This document shows, in pieces, positions 1 to 8,909 of a DNA stretch of 64,000 nt (its first letter is position 1; each line of letters opens with the position of its first letter). The notes beneath the pieces were generated by a model, which was not told the DNA's origin, searched no databases, and saw only the letters and a list, made by a program, of their open reading frames with translations. This stretch comes from a virus, in IMG/VR virus record IMGVR_UViG_3300050821_010639, positions 88,047 through 152,046 of that record, one strand, 5' to 3'. The position numbers and the translations under genes are program-made.

Positions 1-420
1 CTCTTGAGTTGTACGCGGGTGCCGGGAGCGGACCAGCCCGTCGACTGGAACCTCCCGGCCCCCACTTCGCTCCGTGTGGGGTGCACCTAAAGCCGCAGGG
101 AGCGCGTCCGCGACCTTCCACACTTGCTCCCGGGCCAGGGGTTTCACTGGTCCGTAGCGGTGTTGCAGGCCGCCAATGTCCGTACGCTGCCCCGAGGGGC
201 CCGTACTAGCTTGGGCTTAGGTCAAGCTCACGCGTTCGCCAGGTACTCGACCTGGCCCGGGAAGTCTCTGTTGAGTTATATCCGGCTTACCCTGCCCTTG
301 TGAGTGAGGCCCTGGGCGGGAGGGGCTGCGACTCGCGCTGTAGCCGGTGCTGCTACCTTTCTGGGCGCTCCTGGCCGGTCCTCCTCTTGCCTGCTCGCTG
401 ACCTTCCGGCCTCGCTCACA
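1..420 (-). ncRNA. Candidate structured non-coding RNA, runs off the window edge
   Basis: Downstream of the promoter at 426-456; no credible ORF; several hairpins (e.g. GCCAGGT-N5-ACCTGGC near 237-255). Confidence 0.3.
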
Positions 421-1011
421 TTCAAAGGATAAGGGATCGACTTGACTCGTGTCAAGTGATCTCCGGTATTTCCTCTCCGCCAGGCTGACCAGGGCCGGAG
501 CCGGGCCGGTAACGCGCTCCTGGGGCCCGCGCTCGCGCTGCCACGCCACGGCCAGGCCCAGCCGGGCCCGCCAAGCGAGCGCGGACACCGCGTTGGGGCT
601 CATGCCGGAGGTTCGCGCCAGCTCGGCCGGCGTGCGCCCCTCCACCTCGGTCTGCCACAGCACCGCGCGCCAGCGGGGCGGCAGCGAGTCGAACGCGCGA
701 CGGGTCATCCGCTGCTCCTCGGCCGCGGTCGCCAGGTCCCCGGCGCCCGGCACGCGCACCATGCGAGGATCGAGCGGCACGGGGTCGATGCGCCTGCGCT
801 CGGCCAGCCAGTCGCGTGCCAGGTTGCGCACCGCGGCCAGCAGGTAGGGCCGGAACGCGCCGTCGGGGCCGTGGCCGGCCCGCTGCCTGGCCAGCACCCG
901 GGTGAACGCCTCCGCCACGATGTCATCGGCCGCGTGCGCGGGCACCAGGGCCAGGGCCACGCGGCGCGCGGCGCTCCGGTGCTCGGCGTACAGGTCGGCG
1001 AACTCGGGCAT
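217..1011 (-). CDS. Sigma-70 family (ECF-like) RNA polymerase sigma factor; functional end probably at or before the TTA at 432-430
   Basis: Region 2 motif ADDIVAEAFTRVL...FRPYLLAAVRNLARD; region 4 AFDSLPPRWRAVLWQTEVEGRTPAELA...NAVSALAWRAR; TAGCAT 6 nt before the ATG suggests a leaderless start. Confidence 0.9.
   Translation of the reverse strand: MPEFADLYAEHRSAARRVALALVPAHAADDIVAEAFTRVLARQRAGHGPDGAFRPYLLAAVRNLARDWLAERRRIDPVPLDPRMVRVPGAGDLATAAEEQRMTRRAFDSLPPRWRAVLWQTEVEGRTPAELARTSGMSPNAVSALAWRARLGLAVAWQRERGPQERVTGPAPALVSLAERKYRRSLDTSQVDPLSFECERGRKVSEQARGGPARSAQKGSSTGYSASRSPSRPGPHSQGQGKPDITQQRLPGPGRVPGERVSLT
426..456 (-). promoter_or_regulatory. SigmaA-type promoter with overlapping palindromic operator
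   Basis: TTGACA-N18-TATCCT; CTTGACTCGTGTCAAG at 441-456. Confidence 0.7.
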
Positions 1012-1022
1012 GGCGGCATGCT

Positions 1023-1053
1023 AATGGCCCCCGGCGCGATGCCGGGGGCCATT
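1023..1053. terminator. 13-bp hairpin, probable terminator just upstream of the sigma gene
   Basis: AATGGCCCCCGGC-GCGAT-GCCGGGGGCCATT. Confidence 0.6.
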
Positions 1054-1068
1054 TCGCTTAGCGCGCTA

Positions 1069-1326
1069 CTACTGGCCCGAGAGACCGTTGAGTACGTCCT
1101 CGAAAGGCCGCGGCTGCGCTCGGGCCAGCGGTAGCTCCAGGGCCTCGCGCAGCTCGCAGACCAGCATCTCCGCCACCCGGCGGCGCGAGCGCAACTCGGG
1201 AAAAGGGATCTCGTCCAGGTGAGCCTCAGCGATGGTAAGCACCCGGGCGAACGCCTCGCGCTCGGGCTCGCTCAGGTCCAGCAGGACCAGCGGGTTCGGG
1301 GGGTTGTAGCCGATGCGCTTGATCAT
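1069..1326 (-). CDS. Hypothetical protein
   Basis: Start overlaps upstream stop; protein-like composition. Confidence 0.65.
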   Translation of the reverse strand: MIKRIGYNPPNPLVLLDLSEPEREAFARVLTIAEAHLDEIPFPELRSRRRVAEMLVCELREALELPLARAQPRPFEDVLNGLSGQ

Positions 1327-1718
1327 TTCTGCCCTGCTTTCCCGCGGCGGCCCGGCCGCACGTAGTCCTTGTAGCGATATTGGGCTGCTATGGCCGTCAG
1401 CGGCGGCTCACCGCGGCACCCGGGGATGTTCTCCTCACTCCACGCCGCCGTGTTCAGGTTGAGGTCGTAGACGACACCGGGCTTATCCGCGTGCATGGGA
1501 AGCTTTGCCTCCACCAGCAGCGGGGTGCTCTCCAGGTAGAGGCCGGTACAGGCGCTGCACAGCCGGTCGCCGCTGCACGCCGTCAGGCCGTCGAACCTGA
1601 CGGCGTTGTGCTCGTACGGGACGCCCGGCTTACCGCACCACGAGCACGCCGGCTGGCGCGCGTGCTCGGCGTCGGCGTACGCCTGGATGCCTGCGGTGAG
1701 GTCGCTCACGTCAGGCAT
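1323..1718 (-). CDS. Hypothetical protein with CxxC motifs
   Basis: Start MPDVS after AAGG; CSWC...CSAC. Confidence 0.65.
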   Translation of the reverse strand: MPDVSDLTAGIQAYADAEHARQPACSWCGKPGVPYEHNAVRFDGLTACSGDRLCSACTGLYLESTPLLVEAKLPMHADKPGVVYDLNLNTAAWSEENIPGCRGEPPLTAIAAQYRYKDYVRPGRRGKAGQK

Positions 1719-2088
1719 CCTTGCGCAGGTTAGGGAAGTCGTACTTGCCGAAGTCCGAGCCGTCCGCCGGCCAGCCGCGCGGTGCCACGCCGAACCCGCC
1801 GTCGAAGTCAGCCTCCCCGCTCGCACGGGGGCGGTCTTCGAGAATGCTCTGCGCGACAGCGGCCTTAGCGCCGGACTGCCCGTAGAAGTAGCCGCTCCAG
1901 AAGTGCGCGAACGCCTTGTCCGGGCCATCTAGCCCGCTGTCGCGAATGCCCTCCACCATCTGTGCAACCGAGCGCTGGTCGGACGGGTCGAACTTGACGA
2001 TCTCGCGCTCGGTGCCTTCCTCAAACAGGATGACCCATCGGCCGATCTGCTGGATAAGGAACCGCCCGCTCGGAAGTCGCGCCATCAT
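1711..2088 (-). CDS. Hypothetical protein
   Basis: Start MMARLP overlaps upstream stop; the rest of the listed ORF is out-of-frame overlap. Confidence 0.65.
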   Translation of the reverse strand: MMARLPSGRFLIQQIGRWVILFEEGTEREIVKFDPSDQRSVAQMVEGIRDSGLDGPDKAFAHFWSGYFYGQSGAKAAVAQSILEDRPRASGEADFDGGFGVAPRGWPADGSDFGKYDFPNLRKDA

Positions 2089-2726
2089 GCCACCGGCCCC
2101 GGGTAGAAGCCCTTGAGCATCTTGTGCGTGTCCGGAATGCGGTCGCGAAACGCCGGCGGGATGGCACCGCCGAACCACATGTTGGTCGACACCAGCACCG
2201 GGCCGCCGTCCAGTGGCTGAAACTCGAACCGGTACCCGCCGAACCCGCGCATGCCCTTCGCGGCCTCGTCGCCGACGCTGAACCAGCAGTGGTTCTCGAT
2301 GACCACGCCCTCCCGGCCCTTCGCCAGCTCGGCGATGTGCTTCTCCCAGCGGGCATCGTCGTTGTCGGTCCACGGCCCGCTCACCCTGACCGAGATGCAC
2401 TGCGACGCCGGCAGGCCCGGCTGAGCGTAAGCCTGCACGTGCCAGACACTCGCCGACCCGTTCGGGTGCCAGCGGTGCACGATGGCCGAGCACCCCCGGC
2501 CATCGGCGCGGAACAGGCCCAGGGTCACCGACCCGGCCACCGTGCCGTCCATCGGCACGAGCTTGTCGCACTCGGCCTGTACCGCCTCCTCCAGCGCGCG
2601 GGCCTGCGCGACGGCCAGGACCCCGGCCGACAGCCCGGTACCGCCGCCGTGCGAGCGCGGCTCGGCGTCTTTCGCGGCCTGCACGGCCTTCCACAGGTCA
2701 CTGCCCTCGTCACAGCGAACGATCAT
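2085..2726 (-). CDS. Hypothetical protein
   Basis: ATGA coupling at both ends. Confidence 0.7.
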   Translation of the reverse strand: MIVRCDEGSDLWKAVQAAKDAEPRSHGGGTGLSAGVLAVAQARALEEAVQAECDKLVPMDGTVAGSVTLGLFRADGRGCSAIVHRWHPNGSASVWHVQAYAQPGLPASQCISVRVSGPWTDNDDARWEKHIAELAKGREGVVIENHCWFSVGDEAAKGMRGFGGYRFEFQPLDGGPVLVSTNMWFGGAIPPAFRDRIPDTHKMLKGFYPGPVA

Positions 2727-3061
2727 GACCTGGCCAGCCTGTTCAGCCGGTCGATCTCGGCCGCCAGCAGAGCACCCGCCTCGCGCGGGCCCTCCTCGTC
2801 AGACCCGATGTCCGCGGTGCCCTGCTGGCGGCCGACCTTGACCCGGGCGAGCAGGAGGCTCGCCATGCTGGCCAGGTCGGCCGTAGCCGTGAACCCGTCA
2901 TCGTGCTCAGGGGTATAGTTCAGCTGCTCGATCTGCCGACGGCGCTCGCGGATGACCTCCGCCACTCCGTCCACCGCGCCAGCCTGGTGGAGGTAGGCGA
3001 TGTCACCCCAGATGGCTTTCAGCGCCTCCACCTGCAAGATATAGTCCGGTACCTGGCTCAT
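2723..3061 (-). CDS. Phage hypothetical protein (ERRRQIE...TPEHDD motif)
   Basis: Motif familiar from phage proteins; coupled ORF. Confidence 0.7.
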   Translation of the reverse strand: MSQVPDYILQVEALKAIWGDIAYLHQAGAVDGVAEVIRERRRQIEQLNYTPEHDDGFTATADLASMASLLLARVKVGRQQGTADIGSDEEGPREAGALLAAEIDRLNRLARS

Positions 3062-3288
3062 GACCTGCTCCTCTTCCGGGTAACCCGAGTCGGCTTGTTC
3101 TCCTCGTACCTGCGGATCTGAGACCTGAAGTTGCGGTACCCCCGGCCGCCCTCGCCGCTGCCCGAGGTCGTGGTGACCAGCGTGCTGCCGTACCAGACTT
3201 CGATATGGCCCTGGCCGTCCCTCTGCTCAGGCACCGTGTAACCGCGCTTCCTGAGCCGTCGGAGGTAGCCGTCGGTGGCGCTGGCCAT
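3058..3288 (-). CDS. HicA-like small basic protein
   Basis: LRKRGYTV...GHIEV...LVT.SGS...RNFRSQIRR pattern resembles actinophage HicA-like proteins. Confidence 0.55.
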   Translation of the reverse strand: MASATDGYLRRLRKRGYTVPEQRDGQGHIEVWYGSTLVTTTSGSGEGGRGYRNFRSQIRRYEENKPTRVTRKRSRS

Positions 3289-3440
3289 TACGGGCCTGCC
3301 AGGGCGGCACGCAGCTTGCCCAGCTGCGCCAGCGCCTCGTCAACGTCGGCCAGCGCGTCCGCCCGTGCGGAAAGCTCCCGGGTGGCGAGCATCCGGTAGG
3401 CGGCCTGCGCGTGCGCGTACACCCCTGACCAGGCTGTCAT
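3288..3440 (-). CDS. Small hypothetical protein
   Basis: MTAWSG start; TAATG coupling to the next gene. Confidence 0.5.
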   Translation of the reverse strand: MTAWSGVYAHAQAAYRMLATRELSARADALADVDEALAQLGKLRAALAGP

Positions 3441-3498
3441 CGCGTCGCGGGCCTCGTCTCCGGACAGCGGGCCGTCCGGGCCGACGGTCCGGGGCCGG

Positions 3499-4107
3499 CT
3501 AACCACCGTGCTTCGCCTGGTTGTGCTCCCGGGCCCGATTGATAACGACGTCCAGACTCGGGTGGTAACCGATCTCGAAGTAAGCCCGGAGGTTCGCTGC
3601 TGCGCACTTGTGGCAGTGCAGTGCGGTCGTGCCCCGGTCAGGAATGACGGTGAACTGGCCGCTGAACTCCGACAGCGGCAGCCCTGCGGGCTCGCGGATG
3701 TCATCGACGCCGTGCCAGTACATCCGCTCCGCCACCCGCCAAAGCAGGTCATACAGGTTGTCACCACTGATGGTGACGTTCTCAGCCGTCGTGAGCGGCC
3801 GGTCCTCGTCGTCGTACTCGGTGTCACGGATGCGCGGGTCCACCTCGTTGTCGACCAGCCAGCGCTTCAGCCGCGCCATGGTCGACTCGCCTTGCGGGTA
3901 GTCGCGGTCATCAGCCGCGCGGGCCTGCTCGCGCTCGCTCGGCCGGGTGTCCTGGTCAAGCAGGAACGGCACGCCGCGCGTCATGTAGTGGCGGAAAAAC
4001 TGGTCCCAGCCGTCGTGCGCAGTGTCGCTCCACACCTCCCGGCCGTCGACCTCAACGGCGATGCCGTCGGTCCCCTCGTCCCAGGTGATGAACTTGATCG
4101 TCTTCAA
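3499..4107 (-). CDS. Hypothetical protein
   Basis: Coupled ORF, acidic, CHKC motif. Confidence 0.7.
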   Translation of the reverse strand: MKTIKFITWDEGTDGIAVEVDGREVWSDTAHDGWDQFFRHYMTRGVPFLLDQDTRPSEREQARAADDRDYPQGESTMARLKRWLVDNEVDPRIRDTEYDDEDRPLTTAENVTISGDNLYDLLWRVAERMYWHGVDDIREPAGLPLSEFSGQFTVIPDRGTTALHCHKCAAANLRAYFEIGYHPSLDVVINRAREHNQAKHGG

Positions 4108-4313
4108 CGTGCCCGCCCCTCGTCGCCTGTGCCTGCTTGCGGGTCAGCTAGCCCCGCAGCCGCGGGGCTGCGCCCCCAGGCCTCCCGGGCCGCGTCGTTC
4201 CCGTAAATGACGTGAAACACCTGGTCCTTGCGCCGTCGCCGTTCGGTCTTGTCGGGAGCGGCACTGATGTACGCCGCTGCCTTGCGGTACGCGGCGTCAC
4301 TCGCCTCGCTCAT
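4104..4313 (-). CDS. Hypothetical protein
   Basis: RBS-like AAGGG; coupled. Confidence 0.6.
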   Translation of the reverse strand: MSEASDAAYRKAAAYISAAPDKTERRRRKDQVFHVIYGNDAAREAWGRSPAAAGLADPQAGTGDEGRAR

Positions 4314-4325
4314 GAGCCCGCCCTT

Positions 4326-4526
4326 CTAGTTGCGCGCGCAGTCCGGCCAGCCGGACGCGCCTACCCCTGTTACGTGCTGGCCCGCCGGGCAGAACACGGT
4401 GGGCGGGGTGAAGATCGCGGGCACGGCGTCGTGGTGCCTCAGGTGCCCGGCCACGGTAGCGGCGATCATGAAAAAGGCGACCCCCGCGACCACGGTCACC
4501 AGGGCAATCACCACAGCCGACCTCAT
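4326..4526 (-). CDS. Small membrane or secreted protein
   Basis: N-terminal hydrophobic helix. Confidence 0.65.
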   Translation of the reverse strand: MRSAVVIALVTVVAGVAFFMIAATVAGHLRHHDAVPAIFTPPTVFCPAGQHVTGVGASGWPDCARN

Positions 4527-4684
4527 GACTCGCCTTCAATCACCAGGTCGTTGTCGGTCTGGTCGGCGCCGAAGCGCGGGATGCCCGGCTCAGCGCCGGA
4601 CCCGATGATGACGCCGTTGGCCGCGCGCCGCTCGCCAGGCCGCAGTTCGATGTTCAGGGTCTTGTCTCCCGGTGCCTGTGTCAC
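4523..4684 (-). CDS. 53-aa leaderless protein (not in the ORF track)
   Basis: GTG 6 nt after -10 TAAGCT; MTQAPGDKTLNIELRPG...; ATGA coupling to the next gene. Confidence 0.6.
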   Translation of the reverse strand: MTQAPGDKTLNIELRPGERRAANGVIIGSGAEPGIPRFGADQTDNDLVIEGES

Positions 4685-4917
4685 GGCCACAGCTTACGCA
4701 GTGTCTTGACTAGAGTCAAGTAATCAGACATTTTCGGCGGGCCGCCGACCGTCCGCAGCCAGAGGAAGACGCCAGCCGCGCCGTTCGCGAACCCGAAGGC
4801 CACAATGCCGAACGGGAGCCACCAGCCCTCCAGGCCGGTCCAGAGCATGAGCCAGAAGCCGACGCTCATGCTGAAAAAGCACATGATGACCCAGGGGTGG
4901 CGCTGCACGGGGTTCAT
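4681..4917 (-). CDS. Small two-TM membrane protein
   Basis: Two hydrophobic segments. Confidence 0.65.
   Translation of the reverse strand: MNPVQRHPWVIMCFFSMSVGFWLMLWTGLEGWWLPFGIVAFGFANGAAGVFLWLRTVGGPPKMSDYLTLVKTLRKLWP
4691..4720 (-). promoter_or_regulatory. SigmaA-type promoter plus operator
   Basis: TTGACT-N17-TAAGCT; CTTGACTAGAGTCAAG at 4705-4720. Confidence 0.8.
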
Positions 4918-5378
4918 CCGAGAGTCCCCTCACCGCTAGCGAAGATGCCGTCCGCGGCCTCGCGCACGGTGGACAGCGTGAAGTCGTGCGCCGGGAGCAC
5001 GCCGGTCAGGAACCGCGCTGCCACGTCAAGCGGGTCAGGCTCCGCCGGCGGGTCCGGCAGCTCGGGCGCGTCCAGCTCGGGCCACCACTCGGCCACGCTG
5101 CTGCCGTCCTCCCACCAGGTGACCTCTTCCGAGCGCTGCACCTCCACGGAGGCGCCGAGCCACGTCAGCATCAGAGCCCGGCTGTACGCGCCCGACGCTG
5201 ACAGGTACAGGTGGTTGCGCGGCCAGCGGAACCCCCGCTTGCGCAGCGCGTTGCGCCGCTTGCGGTCCTTGACCGCGGCGAGCACCTGGGGCCAGGCCTC
5301 CGGTACCCACCCGGGCTCACCTGACCCGGGCGGGTAGAGGACGTTCAGCCGGTAGACGTGGACAGGGCGCTCAGGCAT
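4914..5378 (-). CDS. Hypothetical protein
   Basis: Coupled ORF. Confidence 0.65.
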   Translation of the reverse strand: MPERPVHVYRLNVLYPPGSGEPGWVPEAWPQVLAAVKDRKRRNALRKRGFRWPRNHLYLSASGAYSRALMLTWLGASVEVQRSEEVTWWEDGSSVAEWWPELDAPELPDPPAEPDPLDVAARFLTGVLPAHDFTLSTVREAADGIFASGEGTLG

Positions 5379-5613
5379 CGTCCGCACCCGCCAGCAGCTC
5401 AGGCTCCAGCGACCAGAACAGGACGGTGACCGGCTCGCCGGGGGCGATGCCCAGGTGCTGCTGGACTACGGCCAGGGCCGACTTGAAGGCTGAGGCGCGC
5501 GTCTTCGCCCGGCCAGCCTGCTCAGCGGTCATGGTGCCCTCAACCGTCTGCGCAGTGAGTGTGCCGAAGCCCAGCTTGTTCCACTGCACGGTCATGACCC
5601 AGAACCAGTTCAC
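5371..5613 (-). CDS. Hypothetical protein
   Basis: GTGA coupling. Confidence 0.65.
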   Translation of the reverse strand: MNWFWVMTVQWNKLGFGTLTAQTVEGTMTAEQAGRAKTRASAFKSALAVVQQHLGIAPGEPVTVLFWSLEPELLAGADDA

Positions 5614-6302
5614 CGGTCCGCGCCCCCGTCGGTGATGGCGCGGGTGATCGCGTCCGGCTCAAGGCCGGCCCGCTCGGCCATCCGGGTAACCATGGCCTCA
5701 AGGTCGTTGCGGGACTGCTCCACCACGGTCTCGGCGTGCTCGTCCAGCTTCCTGGTCGCGAACTCCACGTTGGGCACGGCGTTGGCGATGGCGGCCCGCA
5801 AGTCGGACAGCCGGGCCTTCCGCTCTGCGGCCGGAGCCGGGGGCTTGGCGTTCAGCGCAGCCTCGTAAGCAGCCTCAGCAGTCTGGATCTTGGCAAACGC
5901 GTCGTGCGCTGCAGCCCGCACCTCGTCGTGGGTGAGCGAGAACCGGGGAGCGGGGCGGAGGCCAGGCCGGTCGCCCGGCTCCTGCGTGCCGGTCGCGGTC
6001 CACTCGATCGTGCAGGGAACGCCGTCGCCCTGGCCGGTACTGGCCACGAACGAGGCGAACTGCGCCATCGACAGGCTGATTTCGCAGACCATCCGCTCCT
6101 GGTACACGCGGTCAGTGTGCAGGTCGCGCTTGCGGGTAGCCTCGTGGACCGTGACCCGCATGTACTCCGGGTGCCGGACATCGGACTGGAACAGCACCGC
6201 ACCCGGGGTAGAGCTGATCCGGTGAAGGCTGACCAGCCCGAACGCCGGGTGGGTTTCGTCCCCGTTCTCGCCGGTCGTGGAGTCCTCGTACTGCTTAGGC
6301 AT
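5610..6302 (-). CDS. Phage hypothetical protein (HPAFG...LFQSD..H motif)
   Basis: RBS GAGG; motif familiar from phage/prophage proteins. Confidence 0.75.
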   Translation of the reverse strand: MPKQYEDSTTGENGDETHPAFGLVSLHRISSTPGAVLFQSDVRHPEYMRVTVHEATRKRDLHTDRVYQERMVCEISLSMAQFASFVASTGQGDGVPCTIEWTATGTQEPGDRPGLRPAPRFSLTHDEVRAAAHDAFAKIQTAEAAYEAALNAKPPAPAAERKARLSDLRAAIANAVPNVEFATRKLDEHAETVVEQSRNDLEAMVTRMAERAGLEPDAITRAITDGGADR

Positions 6303-6813
6303 TTCCCTCTCCTCTCTTAGTCAGCGGGTACTCGCGGCGGTAGCCGAGCAGCGCCTCCAGCGGGTAGCGCGCGCCGCGTGCCTTGCGCGCCGCGGTCAGC
6401 GCCTCCTGTGCCGCGGCCACCCGGCGCTGAGCGTCAGCGAGGTCCGCCGCCGCCTCGTCGCGCGCATGCTCAGCAGCCACCAGGCCGGTCACGTCCGCCT
6501 CTTCCTCGATCCTGGCCACCAGGGCCAGGCCCTCGTCCGTCAGCCCGTAGTACGAGCGGGTGTGCAGCGTCCGCTTGCTGGCCAGGCGGCGCTTGTGGAG
6601 CCCGCGCGCGGTCCTGTCCAGGTCGGCGATGCCGCGCAGGTTGCCGACCTCGCCGCCCAGCATCAGGCCGTCGGACACCAGGTCGGTGATGGTGAACATC
6701 GTGTGGTGCCCGCTCGGGCACGCGGCGGTCGGCTCGCGCCGGCGCGCGGTCGCGTCGCGCAGCCCCACGAGAACGACGATGGCGCTCTCGCTCAGGGTCT
6801 CGATCTCTGCCAT
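6295..6813 (-). CDS. Hypothetical protein, possibly winged helix plus coiled coil
   Basis: RGLHKRRLASK...YYGLTDEG wing-like motif; first gene after a promoter. Confidence 0.6.
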   Translation of the reverse strand: MAEIETLSESAIVVLVGLRDATARRREPTAACPSGHHTMFTITDLVSDGLMLGGEVGNLRGIADLDRTARGLHKRRLASKRTLHTRSYYGLTDEGLALVARIEEEADVTGLVAAEHARDEAAADLADAQRRVAAAQEALTAARKARGARYPLEALLGYRREYPLTKRGEGNA

Positions 6814-6851
6814 CGGGTGCCTGCCCTCTGCTCGGAAGTGCTTACGACACC

Positions 6852-6881
6852 AGGCTACCGGATGACTTGACTTGAGTCAAG
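6852..6881 (-). promoter_or_regulatory. SigmaA-type promoter plus operator
   Basis: TTGACT-N17-TAGCCT; CTTGACTTGAGTCAAG at 6866-6881. Confidence 0.8.
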
Positions 6882-6899
6882 AGAGTGAGGATATTCCGC

Positions 6900-7220
6900 T
6901 CACGGGCGGCACATGCCCGCGTAGTCGCAGGGCTCGCCCTCGAAGCAGCCGCCAGGACCCGGGCACCTGCCCTCGTTGGCCGAGTAGCCCGGCGGGGTGA
7001 CCGGCACCCACGGGTCTAGCCTGGCGTCGGCGCGGGCGCACCCGCCGCGCTCGATGTACTGCCGCCAGCCCTCCTCGCTGCCGTGGCAGAGCATGCTCGC
7101 GGTGACCTTGACCATTTCGAGCACGGCCAGGGCAAAGGTGTCAGCTGCCTGCTCCCTCGGCAAGCCGATGTGCCCGATGCCCTCGACCCGGACGTACAGG
7201 ACGGGAGTGAACTCAGCCAT
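6900..7220 (-). CDS. Hypothetical Cys-rich protein
   Basis: ORF in operon context. Confidence 0.6.
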   Translation of the reverse strand: MAEFTPVLYVRVEGIGHIGLPREQAADTFALAVLEMVKVTASMLCHGSEEGWRQYIERGGCARADARLDPWVPVTPPGYSANEGRCPGPGGCFEGEPCDYAGMCRP

Positions 7221-7222
7221 CG

Positions 7223-7585
7223 TCAGCAGTGCGGGCAGTCGTTGGCGTCACCGGAAACCGGAAGGCTGGCTACCGGGCGCTCGCGCTGCTGCCAGGCCGG
7301 GTAGCCCTCCAGGGGCTCGCCCGCCTCGAACCGCTCGGCGTAGAGCTTGGCTGACTCGGCGAGCGCCGCCAGCTCGGGCTTCCCGCCAGGGCGGCCGGGG
7401 CCGCGGCCGAGCGGAAAGGCGATGGCGCTCTCCGCTGCCTCGCGAGCGATCACAGCCGTCAGGTTCACGGCAGCGGCACTGATCGAGAAGCGGCACAGCC
7501 GGACCTCCCGCTCTCCGGTGAGGACCAGGTAACCATGCCTGCTCCCGTAGGCGAACGCGCAAGTCTCGCCGTGTATCCACTCCAT
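7223..7585 (-). CDS. Hypothetical protein
   Basis: Start MEWIH after GGGGGGA. Confidence 0.6.
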   Translation of the reverse strand: MEWIHGETCAFAYGSRHGYLVLTGEREVRLCRFSISAAAVNLTAVIAREAAESAIAFPLGRGPGRPGGKPELAALAESAKLYAERFEAGEPLEGYPAWQQRERPVASLPVSGDANDCPHC

Positions 7586-7637
7586 CAGGTCCCCCCCAGT
7601 CCGAGCATTTCCGGCCGATGCCCCAGGGCAAGCCACG

Positions 7638-7940
7638 TCAGTCCTCCCTGGCGTACTCGGCCACCCGGCCAGCAGGTGACCCGAGCCAGGGCTGCGCCTG
7701 GGGCGGGGCCGGGCGCTCCCGGCCGCCGGTGAGCCAGCCGTGCCATAGCAGGGTGCCGTCGTCCTCGAAAACCACGGCGTAGTCGTCCGTGGAGATGTCG
7801 CTCCGGTCGGTGTCGGTGTAGTCGGTGATGACGCCGGCGGTGTCCCCGCCGGCGTCCAGGGCTGCGCGGATGGCCGGCTCCTGGTACTCCTCGTCAGCGT
7901 CGATCCGCCCTTCGCCGACCTTGAAAACCTTGATCTTCAC
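7638..7940 (-). CDS. Hypothetical protein
   Basis: TAGTG coupling. Confidence 0.65.
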   Translation of the reverse strand: MKIKVFKVGEGRIDADEEYQEPAIRAALDAGGDTAGVITDYTDTDRSDISTDDYAVVFEDDGTLLWHGWLTGGRERPAPPQAQPWLGSPAGRVAEYARED

Positions 7941-8719
7941 TACTCGGGCTCCCTTCCGAAGAACGCGGCGAGGCTGGCCCTGGCCGTCTCTACCGAGCGC
8001 AGGTCCAGGTGCGAGCGGAGGTTGGCGGCGGCACCAGCCAGCCCGGAAAGGGCCACCGGGTCAGTCGAGCCAGTGGCCCACGCTACGACCACGGTGAGGT
8101 CGTGCACAGGGTCGTAGACCTTGCGCGGCGTCTCGGTGTAGCGGTCCACGAGCGTGACCCAGGACGCGATGTCGCCGACGTTGAACTGCTGGCCGGGGAT
8201 GTCCGTCCGGCGCGCGCTCTCGCGGAACTCCGTTATCACGTCCTCGGAAATTCCTGCCGCGCGCATGCCCTGCTCGGCGCGGGCCCGGAGCGTGACGGTG
8301 TTGGCGTCAGTACCGCAGGCCGCGCCGCCAACGTCCGCAGCGTGCACCAGCAGGCCGACTTCGACCTCAGGGAAACGCGGCGCGTCCACCACGCCGGCGC
8401 GCTGCATGACCGACCACGCGCGCCCGGGGGTCAGCTTCCGCTTCAGCAGGATGATGACGTGCGCCACGAACACGGGCGCGTAGTTCACGCCATCGGGCAG
8501 CTGGTCGCCGAACCGCTCGAAGAACGGCTCAGTCTGGTCAAGGAACATGTCGTGGTCAACGGTCAGTTCGAGCACGTCGGCCACGTCCGCGCCGTTCAGC
8601 CGCGGGTAGCTCCGCGCGACCCTGCCCAGGAACAGCACCCGCTCGGCCTCGGTCAGCGAGTGCGCGACCGCCAGGAGCGCCGCCTCGCGCTCCGCGTCCT
8701 GCATCTGGTCTGGTGTCAT
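7940..8719 (-). CDS. Hypothetical protein
   Basis: RBS GAAGGG; first gene after a promoter. Confidence 0.7.
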   Translation of the reverse strand: MTPDQMQDAEREAALLAVAHSLTEAERVLFLGRVARSYPRLNGADVADVLELTVDHDMFLDQTEPFFERFGDQLPDGVNYAPVFVAHVIILLKRKLTPGRAWSVMQRAGVVDAPRFPEVEVGLLVHAADVGGAACGTDANTVTLRARAEQGMRAAGISEDVITEFRESARRTDIPGQQFNVGDIASWVTLVDRYTETPRKVYDPVHDLTVVVAWATGSTDPVALSGLAGAAANLRSHLDLRSVETARASLAAFFGREPE

Positions 8720-8751
8720 GCGCCCGCCCTTCTCTCGGTGCCTGTGGTCCC

Positions 8752-8781
8752 ATCGTAGGCCATGGCTTGACTCTGGTCAAG
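8752..8781 (-). promoter_or_regulatory. SigmaA-type promoter plus operator
   Basis: TTGACC-N17-TACGAT; CTTGACTCTGGTCAAG at 8766-8781. Confidence 0.8.
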
Positions 8782-8782
8782 C

Positions 8783-8872
8783 AAAGAGCGGCCCCCGCAC
8801 CAGGGGTGGTGGGCGGGGGCCGCTCGCTCAGGGGTGCCGGGTCAGGAGTACCTGCCCTTCGGTTGATTTCCT
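8783..8872 (-). ncRNA. Candidate ~90-nt small RNA ending in a terminator hairpin (8787-8826)
   Basis: Own promoter (8879-8908), no ORF, 13-bp stem GAGCGGCCCCCGC/GCGGGGGCCGCTC followed by TTT. Confidence 0.55.
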
Positions 8873-8878
8873 GGCTAC

Positions 8879-8908
8879 AGGTTAGGTTACGGCTTGACTT
8901 GAGTCAAG
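8879..8908 (-). promoter_or_regulatory. SigmaA-type promoter plus operator
   Basis: TTGACT-N17-TAACCT; CTTGACTTGAGTCAAG at 8893-8908. Confidence 0.8.
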
Positions 8909-8909
8909 A

